A stretch of 64,000 bases of DNA, taken from a virus. Below the pieces are notes generated by a model. That model did no database searches, was not told the origin of the DNA, and saw only the letters and a program-made list of their open reading frames with translations. Location of the stretch: positions 19,405 through 83,404 of the IMG/VR virus record IMGVR_UViG_3300033143_004212. The stretch is one strand, 5' to 3'. A program made the position numbers and the translations under genes. Below, one piece after another: positions 22,428 through 33,151 of the stretch (position 1 is its first letter; every line of letters begins with the position of its first letter).

Positions 22428-25262
22428 ATGTTAGGAGATATAAATTACCTACTTGGACCTATTGAGTACGTTTTAGAAGTAACGAAACCAAATAAAGAAC
22501 CAATAGTTGCGATCTCCAATGATTATGGAAAGGTATACTCACCTTCTATGAAAGCTATTAATGAATTTAGTTTTATGATTAATAAATTTTATGAAGATGG
22601 CAGTATAAATGCATCTTATGAAGCAGTACAAGAAAAATATTTAATAAGTTTAAATCAACAAGAGTATTTCGTAATTACTGAAATTGAAGAAGATGAAATA
22701 GAAGGTATTAAAGCAGTTATATGTTATTCTCTTGAATACGAACTTGGACAAAAATTTGTACAAGCATATGAAGTTGTTTCCGCAAAATTATATAGTAATA
22801 ATTCAGATTTTGATGGTGTTATGAATATGGTAAACAGTTTGGCTCCCTCTTGGACAGTAGGTACGATAGATGGAGAAATTCTTGAATCTTATAGATCATT
22901 TGATGTGAGTAACGTAGATATTTATACTTTTATTACAAAAGATATTAGTGAAGCTTTTGGTTGTATCGCTCTTTTTAATACAGATGAAAAAACAATAAGC
23001 TTTAAATTTTTAGAACATATAGGAGTAAACAACTCATTATTCTTATCAAGCGATAATTTAATTAAAACTTTAACGAGAACTAGAAAATTAGAAAATATAG
23101 CAACAAGAGTTTATGGTTTTGGTTCAGAAGATTTAACAATGAATACTGTTAATCCTAATGGATTAAGTTATATAGATAATTTTTCATATTTCAAGAATAG
23201 AAATTGGATGTCTCAACGATTAATAGATGCATTAGACGCACATGATGCGATTGTAACTGCAAATATTCCAGAATTCCAAACAGTTCTTTCTGATTATCAA
23301 GATGAATATGAAGATAAATTTGGTTCATCTATTTATAAAACTTTATTAGTAACAGATATTTCAGGAGCAAACATTACTTTTGATGATAACGCATCTGATG
23401 TAGATAATTATTACAATGGTTGGAAATTATTAATTGAATTACCAACTTCTGAGAATCAAAATTGTGCAGGTCAAACTGCAACGATTTTATCATATAACGG
23501 AACAACAAAAATTGCAACACTAAGTTCTGCTTTTTCAGAGGTAAATCATACTTATGAAACTGTAGAAGTTACAGTAAAAACAATCCCTGCTAATCCAGAG
23601 GGAGAAGAAATATATGCAGAAGGTAGCTATTACATTTCTGAGAATATTGGTAATTATCAATATTTACAATTATCTTTAGTTAAACAAGGTAATTGGGAAG
23701 AAATTGAAAAAGCTTTAGTTGCTAGACATGCATCAATAACGCCAACACAAGATGATTTAGATGAACTAGCTGAAGCTAGAACTCATTTAGATTATTGGAA
23801 TGGTCAAGTAGGAGTATGGCAAACTTTAGTAGATGCAAATGATGTAGTACTTGATGCAAAAACAACTAGATTAGAAGAACTTAATGTAATTATGGATATA
23901 GAAACTAATTTAACTTTTGATGAATTGCAAGAATTAGATCCATATATTATTGAAACTACTTATACAAATTCTAATATTATAGATGAAGTAGATTTATATG
24001 ATGAAGTTGTAGAAATTTCTGATAGAGTTGGGTATCCTAGATATGAATTTTCATTAGATGCAGACGATCTTTTAAAAATGGTTGAATATCAACATATTAG
24101 ACATAGATTAAAAATTGCAGATATAATAAATATTAAAATATCTGAAACAGAAGAAATTGAAGTTAGAATAACTGGATATTCTCATGAATACGATGAGAAT
24201 ATAATAAATATAAGTTTTTCATCTGTAAATTCTATTTTTGATTCAAGTTATGAATTAGCAGAGTTATTGAAGAACAATACTAGTGCAGCATCATCATTAA
24301 ACGTAGAACGTTTTAAATTTAAAACTTATGTAAAAGAAGACCAAAATACAATTTTAACTTTCTTAGATAGTGCTTTAGATGCGGCTAAAAATGCGGTTAT
24401 AGCAGGAAATAATCAAGAAGTATTGATAGATAGAACAGGTATTACATTACGAGAATATGATGCAATAACTGGTGGTTTTACAGATTCACAAATGAGATTA
24501 ATTAATAATACAATTGCAATAACAGATAATAATTGGAATACAGTTAAAACCGCAATAAGTCCTGACGGAGTATTTGCCGATGTATTAATTGGTAGAGCAA
24601 TCCTTGGTGCCGAACTTCAAATTGAAGCGGCAGATGGAACTTTTGAGGTTGATGAAACTGGTACAACTCTTAAAAATATGTCGTTAACAGCGGTTAAAGA
24701 TGAAGGATTAGGAACAGAAAGAAAAATAGTATTAAATGATACAGATGTGTTTAGAGTTTCTATTGGTGGAGTAGATAAATTATGGATAGATGTCTCTGGA
24801 GACATGAATATAGCAGGTAATATATTTATGAGTGCAAGTTCTAGAATTACTTGGACGAATGTCACAGATGCAGATTCTGAAGCAGTATCAGCATGGGACG
24901 ATAATTATATGACTACTATTGGTCCTGATTATGTTTTTACTGGAAAAATTCAAGCCAATAAAATCACAGGTAATACTTTGACAGCATTAGATGAAATAAA
25001 TATAGGAGATGTATCTATGAGTACTAATGGTATATTAAGAATGCATTCTGCGGGTACTTGGTGGATAGGAATGCAAACTTATGAATCACCGGGACCATCT
25101 TGAGAAATCGGATATCTTAGTTCTATAACAGATACGACAATATCTGAACTTAATAGAATTATGTTAGCAGCTAACATGGTGTATACAAGTAGTAATTTAT
25201 CAGTACTTGGGAATCTTTCAGTAAGCGGAACTGTAACAGGTGTTACTGCAGTATTTGGATAA
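22428..25262 (+). CDS. Tail tip / Tal-like (prophage endopeptidase-tail type) protein, 944 aa, TGA at 25101
   Basis: Follows Dit. Contains TRVYGFG..DL....VNPNG..YIDNFSYF and TDNNW.TVKTAI. Readthrough ends ...GVTAVFG then TAA. Confidence 0.75.
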
Positions 25263-25295
25263 AATATAGATAAAATGAGAAGGAAGGAGTAAAAT

Positions 25296-25646
25296 ATGGC
25301 TAGACCTAGTGATTGGGCTTGGACAACAACAATCGCTTCTGGACAACCTTGTTATAGCACTTATAACTCTGGTGGGAAAGCATATATAGCAGTGATAACA
25401 GCTGTAGAATGGAATGATTTTACTACTAGAATAAATGATTTTAGAGTTTATAAAGAACTTAGTACTTATTCTTTTACTACAGCATCATCAGGAGGAGCTT
25501 TTTATGCTTCGATAATTAATGAAGCTAGAACTGCTATTAATGACATGTCACCACCAACTTCAGTGCCAGGACCAGCATCTTCAGGAGGAATAGTTACAGC
25601 TTATATATTAAATAGATTAAAGGATGCTTTAAATTCGATAACATAA
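25296..25646 (+). CDS. Small tail-tip protein
   Basis: 116 aa with SD AAGGAG and ITAVEWNDF. Confidence 0.55.
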   Translation: MARPSDWAWTTTIASGQPCYSTYNSGGKAYIAVITAVEWNDFTTRINDFRVYKELSTYSFTTASSGGAFYASIINEARTAINDMSPPTSVPGPASSGGIVTAYILNRLKDALNSIT

Positions 25647-25679
25647 TAAATATAGTCCTAGAATTTAATACTTCTAGGA

Positions 25680-25708
25680 TTGACTTATTTTTAAAAATAT
25701 GTTATACT
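25680..25708 (+). promoter_or_regulatory. sigma-A promoter with extended -10
   Basis: TTGACT-17 nt-(TG-T)-TATACT, directly after the hairpin TCCTAGA...TCTAGGA. Confidence 0.65.
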
Positions 25709-25754
25709 AAGATAAGAAGTAAAAAAGGATGTATTATGAATAAGGAGGAGCAAA

Positions 25755-25931
25755 ATGGTAGTTAAAATGACAAGAGAACAAATAGGAAATTTAATGAATT
25801 TATTAGATAGAGTTGGAATTAAAGGTTTTAAAGAAATACAAGCTATGACAGATATAGTTAAATCACTTCAAGAAGCTCAAGAAGAAGTTGTAAAGCCAGT
25901 TCAACCAATTAAAAAACCTGATAAGGAGTAA
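25755..25931 (+). CDS. 58 aa hypothetical protein (below the ORF-track cutoff)
   Basis: AGGAGG SD. Reads MVVKMTREQIGNLMNLLDRVGIKG..., and its TAA overlaps the next ATG. Confidence 0.7.
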   Translation: MVVKMTREQIGNLMNLLDRVGIKGFKEIQAMTDIVKSLQEAQEEVVKPVQPIKKPDKE

Positions 25932-26275
25932 TGTTTATGATATGTAAAGATATAATTACATTTACTGCAGGAGATACTGTTTGGCTTGAAGTGGAAGTTA
26001 GAGATAGAGATGGGACATTAATGGATTTGTCAACGGCAACTCCAATTAATTTTGCTATACAAGTATTTGGAAGAATAGATGAAGATCCTGTAGTTACAAA
26101 AGAGAAAGCAGATATGACAATATTATCTTTAGGTAATATTAGAATAGTTTTAGACCCCGTAGATACAGCTGATTTACATGGCAAATTTAAAGTAGAATTA
26201 GAAGTGACAGATTCTGTAGGAGCAGTATCTACTGTATTGAGTCAAGAACTTATAATTGAAAGAACAATAATTTAA
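25931..26275 (+). CDS. BppU-N-like baseplate/Ig-like adaptor
   Basis: GDTVWLEVEVRD.DG..MDLS...LDP.DT.DL.GKF. Confidence 0.55.
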   Translation: MFMICKDIITFTAGDTVWLEVEVRDRDGTLMDLSTATPINFAIQVFGRIDEDPVVTKEKADMTILSLGNIRIVLDPVDTADLHGKFKVELEVTDSVGAVSTVLSQELIIERTII

Positions 26276-26288
26276 GGAGGAAATATTT

Positions 26289-26690
26289 ATGAGTATGACT
26301 AATTATTTAGAAGATAAAATATTAGACCATATTTTTGGTGATACTGCTTATGTTGCTCCAACAACTTTATATATAGGAGTTTCTACAACTCATGTGACTG
26401 AGCTTGGATTAGGGATTACAGAACCAACAGACGCAGTTTATGCAAGAATAGCAATAACAAATAATACTACTAATTTTTTAGATGCGGTATTAGGAGAAAA
26501 AAAGAATGCAACATTCCAAGAGTATGAAGTAGCAACAGAATCTTGAGGAGAGATTTTAGACTATTTTATTTCAGATGCTGCTTCAGGTGGAAATATACTT
26601 GTGTATGGACCTTTAAGTGTATCTAAAACGATAAGTATTAATGATCAATTAGTGCTACCAATAAATGGGTGGGTCTTAACATTAGATTAA
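26289..26690 (+). CDS. Small virion fibre-associated protein, 133 aa, TGA at 26544
   Basis: MTNYLE..ILDH.F...ATES[W]GEI....ISDAASGGNIL..G.L. From my knowledge of this family, the AT.SWG Trp is conserved. Confidence 0.75.
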
Positions 26691-26712
26691 AAGATTAGAG
26701 GTGTAAAAATAA

Positions 26713-27042
26713 ATGCCTACAATTATAAAAATTAAAACATCTGTTGAAACAATTCGTTTCGAGGACGTTTTTTTTTACGGTAATAGGACTGTAATTAAAA
26801 CGTATGGACAATTTATATTAGAGATTATTACAAAATATCTCCAAATTGAAGGATTGATTCAATCAACAGAAACTATAAGTTTAGGAGCAATAAGCTCTAT
26901 AAATAATATTACAGTTCTAACCTCAGAAGGCACTGTTGCTTTTGAATCATGAGTTCTTCTTACAATAGGAGATCATAATGAAGAAACACTTGGTGATTTG
27001 GGAGATTTAGAATTGATAGATATGATACGTACAGTAAATTAA
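26713..27042 (+). CDS. Hypothetical virion protein, 109 aa, TGA at 26950
   Basis: Readthrough gives a TIGD...TLGDLGDL tail ending TAA 27042, just before the next SD. Confidence 0.65.
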
Positions 27043-27059
27043 TGAAAGGAGGAAATTAA

Positions 27060-30000
27060 ATGGTTATTTCAACGAATTATGGATTTGTTATTTATGATTC
27101 AACAGTTGATACACTTGAATTATTTAAAGATTATATAGATGATATTGCTAGTAACTTTGAAACTATAGATGCAGTAATACCAGAAAAAATAGAAATAGCA
27201 GATATTATGAGCGATTGGGTTGTTTCAGGATTATTACCTGCAGAGCATGGATCGTCTTTAACATCAAGTATATCTGCCGGTTATATCTATATTGATGGAG
27301 TTCGTATATACAAAAATGGAACACCACATACTTATACTGCAAGTAAAGATACCTATGTAGATATAGATCCTACTGGAACATATGTATTTTCAGAGGTGCC
27401 ATTAGATGACCCTGAACCTACATTAACAGAAGGTAATATGAGACTTGCCAAGGTAGTAACTGATGCAACAACAATCCCAACAGTTGTAGATATGAGAACT
27501 TTAGAATATAGTTTATCTAAAAATGATAAATTAAATCAAATAACATGGGACGATCCTAATCTTTGGATTGGAGCCGGTTCAGGAGGAGAATTATTCCTAC
27601 AAGCAGGTGGCTCAACAAAACTTACAATGGGTGCTCATACAACAGTTTCTAATGGTTATTTTTATGTTAATGACAATATATATTTAAATACTGGATCAGC
27701 TATCCTTAAAGGTAGAGATTCTGGTGCGGCAAGTGTAAATTTATTACAAATGGATGCTAGTGTTGATAAAGTTAAAGTAGGAACTACTTCTTATCCATTA
27801 ATGTTTAATTCAAGTGTTGAACCAATTTGGTATAATGGAACAACAGAAAAATCAATAATATTTGAAGCACCAAATGACGGAGAAGAATACGTTCGTAAAA
27901 ATGAAGCTTGGGCAATCGTATCTGAGCATGCTATAAATGATATAACTGATATAGTTATTACAAGTGTAGCAGATAATGAAATACTTCAATATGATAATGG
28001 TAGTGGAGATTGGATAAATCAAACTTTAGCCGAAGCAGGAATATCAGCAACAGGTCACAGTCATGTAGCGACAGATGTTACAGACTTCGATACTGAGGTA
28101 TCAAATAATACGTCAGTTTCTGCAAATACTGACAAGATTTCATTTGATGCAACTGCATCAGCTAAAGTAGCTTGGTTAACAGTAACTCAAGCAGTAGACT
28201 TAGATACGATAGAAACTGATACAAGCTCAAATAATTCTCACAGAACTACGACTACTGGAAATCCTCATAGCCTTGAATTGGCAGATTTAGATGATGTCGA
28301 CTCAACAGTTGGCTCACCTACTGATGGCAAAATTATGGTATATAGAACTGCCGGTGGAGACTGGATTCTAGAAGATAAACCTGCATCAGGTTCAACACCT
28401 TCATTAGATGAATTAACTGATGTTACAATTACTGGGACACCTGCAGATGATGAAGTTTTAGCATATAATACTGGTACGAACCAATGGATTAATCAGACTG
28501 CGGCAGAAGCAGGACTAGCTATATCAGGACACAGTCATACAGCAACAGATGTTACAGATTTTGACACAGAGGTATCAAATAATACGTCAGTTTCTGCGAA
28601 TACTAGCAAAATATCTTTCCCCGAAGCACCAAACGATGGAGAAGAATACGTTCGTAAGAATTTAGCTTGGGCAATTGCAACTGGTGGTGGAGCATCAGCT
28701 ATAAATGATTTAACTGATGTTGTAATATCTGGAACACCTGCTGATAATGAAGTTTTAGCATACGATACTAGCAGTGGAGACTGGATAAATCAAACTCCTG
28801 GCGAAGCAGGATTGTCTGCATCAGGACATGGACATACAGCAAGTAATATTTCAGACTTCGATACTGAAGTTGGGAATCATACAGACGTTACAGATAATAC
28901 AACTCATAGTGGAACTACAACAGGAAATCCACATTCATTAGAATTAGCTGATTTAAGTAATGTAGTAATTACATCAGTAGGAGATAATGATATAATCGGT
29001 TACGATTCAGGTGGGAACTTTATTAATCAAACAGCTTCTGAATTAGGATTATCTGTAACAGGTCATAGCCATGTAGCAATAGACGTTACAGATTTCGATA
29101 CTGAAGTTGCGAATAATACTGCTGTTGCAGCTAACACTGATAAAATAAGTTTTGATGCAACTGCATCAGCTAAAGTAGCTTGGTTAACAGTAACACAAGC
29201 GGTTGACCTTGATACTATGGAAAGTAATATAAGTACAAATAATGGGAAAGTTACGAATGCGGATCACACTGGAGAAGTAACTGGCTCAGGAGCTTTAACA
29301 ATCGCAGATAATGTTGTTGATGAAGCTAATTTAAAATTAGAAACTGGACCAACAAACGACTATGTACTAACAGCTGATAGTACTAAGTCTGGTGGTATGA
29401 AATGGGCAGCAGCTCCTGGTGGAGGCGGAGCTATAGGCGATTTATCAGATGTAACGATAAGTTCTATAGGAAACGATGAAATTTTAGTTTGGGAAACAGA
29501 TGAATTTGTTAATCAAACTTTTGCCGAAGCTGGAATAGGAACAGCAACAGATGTAGCTACTAACAGAGATGACGTTGATGCATTATTTAAAATAAAAGAT
29601 GGAGTTACAACTGGTAGTGCTATTGCAATAACTACGGATGGAACATTTGATTACGTAGATGGTAGATGGATTATGTTTAAGGCAGATGCAAATATTACTG
29701 CTCCCGCAACTATTGCCATAGACGGTGGGTCTGCATTGACTGCAAAGGATAAAGATGGGAATAATATTGATATCGTAATAAATATTACTTATCTATGTCG
29801 ATTTGTTGACGATACTACGGATTTTTTCGAGTTAGCCCCTAAAGAAACAATCTTAGCCGGGGGCTATCAAAAGACTTATGAGGCGAGTGGAACTGTTAAT
29901 TCTGGAGATATGGTCGATATCGATTATATCAATGAAACAGCAACAGCAGTTTCTGAAAGAGAGCGTTTAGCTCTTATTTCTCAAAATCTATTGTCAGCAA

Positions 30001-31118
30001 CTGACTATGATTATCCTGCTATTGCAAAATTAACAAGCACAACATTTTTATTTATAGGACAAGATGATGTAACTGGAGATTTAGATGCTTTTGTATGTAC
30101 TCATGATGGAGAAAGAGTTACTTCAACTGGTACTGTTCTTGAAGTATCTGGAGATAGTACAGCTTTCCCTAGAATTAAAGAAGTTACTTCTACAACTTTC
30201 CTTGTAACTTTTATAAATTTAACTGGAACTGATTTTTTAAGTGCTATAATGCTTAGTGTAAGTGGAACTACAGTTACAAAAGGTACTGCTGTTTCAATTG
30301 ATACTTTTACTCTACATCCTAGTAATTATCATGAAAGTACAATACTAGAATCAACTAAAGCTTTAGTAACATACGCAGATAAAGATGATACAAATGCATT
30401 AAATTCTGTTGTTCTTACAATCTCTGGTTTAGCATTAACAGTTAATACAATATACACTCATTCTACTAATAGTTGTTTAGAAATGTCATTAGTAACTCTA
30501 AGTTCTACTAGAGCTTTCTTAGCATCACCATATGATGCTAGTGGAGACGATATGTGGGGTTATATTATTGATGTATCTGGAACTGTTGTAACTTATACCG
30601 ATGATGCACAAATTGATACTGATGATACTGGCGATTGTAGTGCAATTGCTCTTTCATCTACTTCTATAGCTTTACTTTATAGAAGTAATACTACAGATGT
30701 TGTTTATTTTGTATTAGTTGGAATTACTACAGATACAATAGATACTGTTTCAACTTGGAATGATGTTTTTGAAGGAGATTTATCTCATGTTCATTTATTA
30801 TCTATGAGTTCAACAGAATTTATTGCACTAGCGGCAGATGATGTTTCCAATGTTTGTAAAGGTGTAAGATTTACGATTTCTGGTGATACTATTAACTCTT
30901 ATGGAGAAGTTGAAGAACTTAGTGAATATAGTGCTTTTAATACAGACTGGATTACTGGCTATATAAATGATACCGGTGCAACTCAACCGTTATTAGTAAT
31001 TGGAGTAGAATCAGATAACTCTTCTTATAGTTCATTAGCTAGGTTAATTAAAAGAGGAGATGGAGTAGCTATTACTAGTGCTTCTGATGGAAATAATACT
31101 GAAATAGTAGTATTCTAA
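27060..31118 (+). CDS. Long repetitive tail fibre / receptor-binding protein, 1352 aa
   Basis: Repeats L.DL.DV.I....D.EVL.Y....W.NQT, HSH motifs, two foldon-like motifs and a beta-repeat C-terminal domain. Confidence 0.75.
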   Translation: MVISTNYGFVIYDSTVDTLELFKDYIDDIASNFETIDAVIPEKIEIADIMSDWVVSGLLPAEHGSSLTSSISAGYIYIDGVRIYKNGTPHTYTASKDTYVDIDPTGTYVFSEVPLDDPEPTLTEGNMRLAKVVTDATTIPTVVDMRTLEYSLSKNDKLNQITWDDPNLWIGAGSGGELFLQAGGSTKLTMGAHTTVSNGYFYVNDNIYLNTGSAILKGRDSGAASVNLLQMDASVDKVKVGTTSYPLMFNSSVEPIWYNGTTEKSIIFEAPNDGEEYVRKNEAWAIVSEHAINDITDIVITSVADNEILQYDNGSGDWINQTLAEAGISATGHSHVATDVTDFDTEVSNNTSVSANTDKISFDATASAKVAWLTVTQAVDLDTIETDTSSNNSHRTTTTGNPHSLELADLDDVDSTVGSPTDGKIMVYRTAGGDWILEDKPASGSTPSLDELTDVTITGTPADDEVLAYNTGTNQWINQTAAEAGLAISGHSHTATDVTDFDTEVSNNTSVSANTSKISFPEAPNDGEEYVRKNLAWAIATGGGASAINDLTDVVISGTPADNEVLAYDTSSGDWINQTPGEAGLSASGHGHTASNISDFDTEVGNHTDVTDNTTHSGTTTGNPHSLELADLSNVVITSVGDNDIIGYDSGGNFINQTASELGLSVTGHSHVAIDVTDFDTEVANNTAVAANTDKISFDATASAKVAWLTVTQAVDLDTMESNISTNNGKVTNADHTGEVTGSGALTIADNVVDEANLKLETGPTNDYVLTADSTKSGGMKWAAAPGGGGAIGDLSDVTISSIGNDEILVWETDEFVNQTFAEAGIGTATDVATNRDDVDALFKIKDGVTTGSAIAITTDGTFDYVDGRWIMFKADANITAPATIAIDGGSALTAKDKDGNNIDIVINITYLCRFVDDTTDFFELAPKETILAGGYQKTYEASGTVNSGDMVDIDYINETATAVSERERLALISQNLLSATDYDYPAIAKLTSTTFLFIGQDDVTGDLDAFVCTHDGERVTSTGTVLEVSGDSTAFPRIKEVTSTTFLVTFINLTGTDFLSAIMLSVSGTTVTKGTAVSIDTFTLHPSNYHESTILESTKALVTYADKDDTNALNSVVLTISGLALTVNTIYTHSTNSCLEMSLVTLSSTRAFLASPYDASGDDMWGYIIDVSGTVVTYTDDAQIDTDDTGDCSAIALSSTSIALLYRSNTTDVVYFVLVGITTDTIDTVSTWNDVFEGDLSHVHLLSMSSTEFIALAADDVSNVCKGVRFTISGDTINSYGEVEELSEYSAFNTDWITGYINDTGATQPLLVIGVESDNSSYSSLARLIKRGDGVAITSASDGNNTEIVVF
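28143..29194 (+). repeat. Internal direct repeats in the fibre gene
   Basis: Exact 44-nt repeat at 28143-28186 and 29151-29194. Degenerate GHSH..TDVTDFDTEV units near 28050, 28525, 28825 and 29060. Confidence 0.85.
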
Positions 31119-31123
31119 TATAT

Positions 31124-31159
31124 AAAAAAACACCCTTTAATTAGGGTGTTATTTTTTTT
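31124..31159. terminator. Bidirectional terminator between the fibre and amidase genes
   Basis: A run, then CACCCT-TTAATT-AGGGTG, then a T run. Confidence 0.7.
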
Positions 31160-31988
31160 ATTCTTTTTTTAGAATGCCGTATAGATCAGATAGTAAAATA
31201 CTTATTTCATTTGCTATTGCTAAGGAATCATTTATTTTTTTATCTTGTTTTTTAATTGTTTCTTCGTATTTTTTGATTTTTTTATCTTTTATATCTTCTT
31301 CATCATTTTCAAATAATGGCATATAATCAATTCCGAAGTATTTACAAATTCCAACTGCGTGCGCTAAAGCAATTTTTTCTCGGTAACCATCATCTAATAA
31401 TTTTTTTGCATCTTCTTTATTAGTCATAAATCCGCTTTCAGTAAGTATTGCAGGTGCATCTGTATTTTTTATTACATAAAATCTTGCATTCTTAACTTTT
31501 CTATCAACCATTCCAGTCGCATCTATTAATTCTTTGTGAACTGTTTTTGCTAATCTAGGTCCTATTCTACTACCAGTAGAGTAATAAGTTTCAATTCCTG
31601 TAACAGTATTCCATCCACCCATTCCATAAGCATTCGCATGTATTGAAATAAAGATGTCTACTTTTGCATCGTTAGCAATTTTGACTCTAGATTTAAGAGG
31701 TAGATCTATACCTTCTTTATAAGTTCTTACTACTTTAAAACCTCGTTTTATTAATTTACGTTCTAATTTCTTTGCGACCGCGAGATTAAATTCATATTCG
31801 TGCATGAATTTACCATTTTCCCATCTAGGCGTGCGTTTTCCCCGAGTTAATGGACCGTGACCTACATCTATTCCTACTGTAATATCTTTTGATGTTTCTA
31901 ATATGATTCTTTGTGTTCGTACTGCGATATACTTTCTCATATTTATTGCAGTAGTATTTTTTATTCCTATTATAATATTTCTTTTCAT
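31158..31988 (-). CDS. N-acetylmuramoyl-L-alanine amidase (Amidase_3 endolysin) with intact active site
   Basis: IDVGHG, HEYEFN, ISIHAN and LTESGF motifs. ATG 31988 follows AGGAGG. Confidence 0.9.
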   Translation of the reverse strand: MKRNIIIGIKNTTAINMRKYIAVRTQRIILETSKDITVGIDVGHGPLTRGKRTPRWENGKFMHEYEFNLAVAKKLERKLIKRGFKVVRTYKEGIDLPLKSRVKIANDAKVDIFISIHANAYGMGGWNTVTGIETYYSTGSRIGPRLAKTVHKELIDATGMVDRKVKNARFYVIKNTDAPAILTESGFMTNKEDAKKLLDDGYREKIALAHAVGICKYFGIDYMPLFENDEEDIKDKKIKKYEETIKKQDKKINDSLAIANEISILLSDLYGILKKE

Positions 31989-32016
31989 TTCTATCCTCCT
32001 TATCCTATATATAATA

Positions 32017-32045
32017 ATTATAACATATTTTCTCCTATTTGTCAA
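32017..32045 (-). promoter_or_regulatory. Perfect-consensus sigma-A promoter for the amidase
   Basis: TTGACA-17 nt-(TG-T)-TATAAT on the - strand. Confidence 0.8.
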
Positions 32046-32090
32046 ACCTCTTGGATAAAAGTTTTATAAGACTAAAAATAGATTACGATT

Positions 32091-32107
32091 TGGGCAGAAT
32101 TATTTAA
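32091..32107 (+). promoter_or_regulatory. Candidate late promoter/operator motif, copy 2
   Basis: TGGGCA-GAA-TTATTTAA upstream of the holin cassette. Confidence 0.4.
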
Positions 32108-32179
32108 TTACTTTTAATTACTTTAAATATTATTAGACATAAAGAGGTTATTTATGAATAGAGTAGAAAGGATGGTAAT

Positions 32180-32464
32180 ATGCTTAAAAAATTTTTAAAA
32201 CTACAAACCTCTAAAAAACTTATTACAATAGTTGTATTGGTATGGGTATTGTCAATCATAATTGGATATATAGGAACATTCTTTGGAATTTCTTTTATTG
32301 ACATTATTCAAATTGTAAATTTAGATTTTTTAGTTATTTTAGGATTCTATTTTACAAAAGCAGGTTCAGAAAATATTGTTAAAATTACCAAAGATTTTAC
32401 TATGAAGAAAAAAGAACCTGAATATGATGAACTCAATGAATATGACGAAGTGCCTTACAAATAA
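32180..32464 (+). CDS. Holin-like protein with two transmembrane (TM) segments
   Basis: Two hydrophobic segments, GFYFTKAG.EN..KI, and a charged C-tail. Confidence 0.65.
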   Translation: MLKKFLKLQTSKKLITIVVLVWVLSIIIGYIGTFFGISFIDIIQIVNLDFLVILGFYFTKAGSENIVKITKDFTMKKKEPEYDELNEYDEVPYK

Positions 32465-32476
32465 GGAGGAGAAAGG

Positions 32477-33148
32477 ATGGGAGCTTGAGTAGAAATAACT
32501 CTTGCAATTATTGCTTTAATTTCAAGCGTGAGTACGGCATTAATTAATAGGAGATATAGAAAAGTTAAGAAACAAGAAAAAAGAAATAAACTTATAAATC
32601 ATCCTGTCCACAGTAGAATGAAAAGCTATAAAAGAAGATTTTTAATAGATTTTCAACTTAATAACAAAGGGAAGGAAGCAGTTCTTAGAGATTTATTTGT
32701 AAAAAAATTTGAATTATGAACTGATGCATTATACGATTTAGCAAAAGAGATTGATGAATATATTAAAATTTATTCTGAAAATGATGATAAGAATTATGAA
32801 ACTATTAAAGAAAAAAATTTATTATGTTTTAATGAAACTTTAGAAAAATTTAATGCATATCACTATGGTCCTGAATACACGCCAGAAGAAAAAATATTAA
32901 TTGAGATTGTTATTGGAAAATTTAATATATGGCAAAGTCATCGTTCCAGATTTATCGAAGAACAAATTATGGATATTTGTAATAATTCGATGATGTATCC
33001 AACATGTGAAAGAAAACAAATTGCAATTTTTGACATATACATGGCAGTTTTTGCAATGACTCTAAATGATGCAATGAAAACAGTAGAGTCAATTAATGGT
33101 CAATTGGAAGGTAAATATTTCAGAGGTATAAAAATAAGTAAGGAGTAG
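32477..33148 (+). CDS. Membrane-anchored lysis-cassette protein, 223 aa, TGA at codon 4 (32486) and at 32717
   Basis: MGA[W]VEITLAIIALISSVSTALI forms a TM segment. Open to TAG 33148 with TGA=Trp; strong SD. Confidence 0.7.
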
Positions 33149-33151
33149 AGA

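Noticed and set aside
27060-31118. Diversity-generating retroelement acting on the fibre
   Set aside because: No reverse transcriptase in the window, and the repeats are in-frame domain duplications rather than an adenine-specific template/variable pair.
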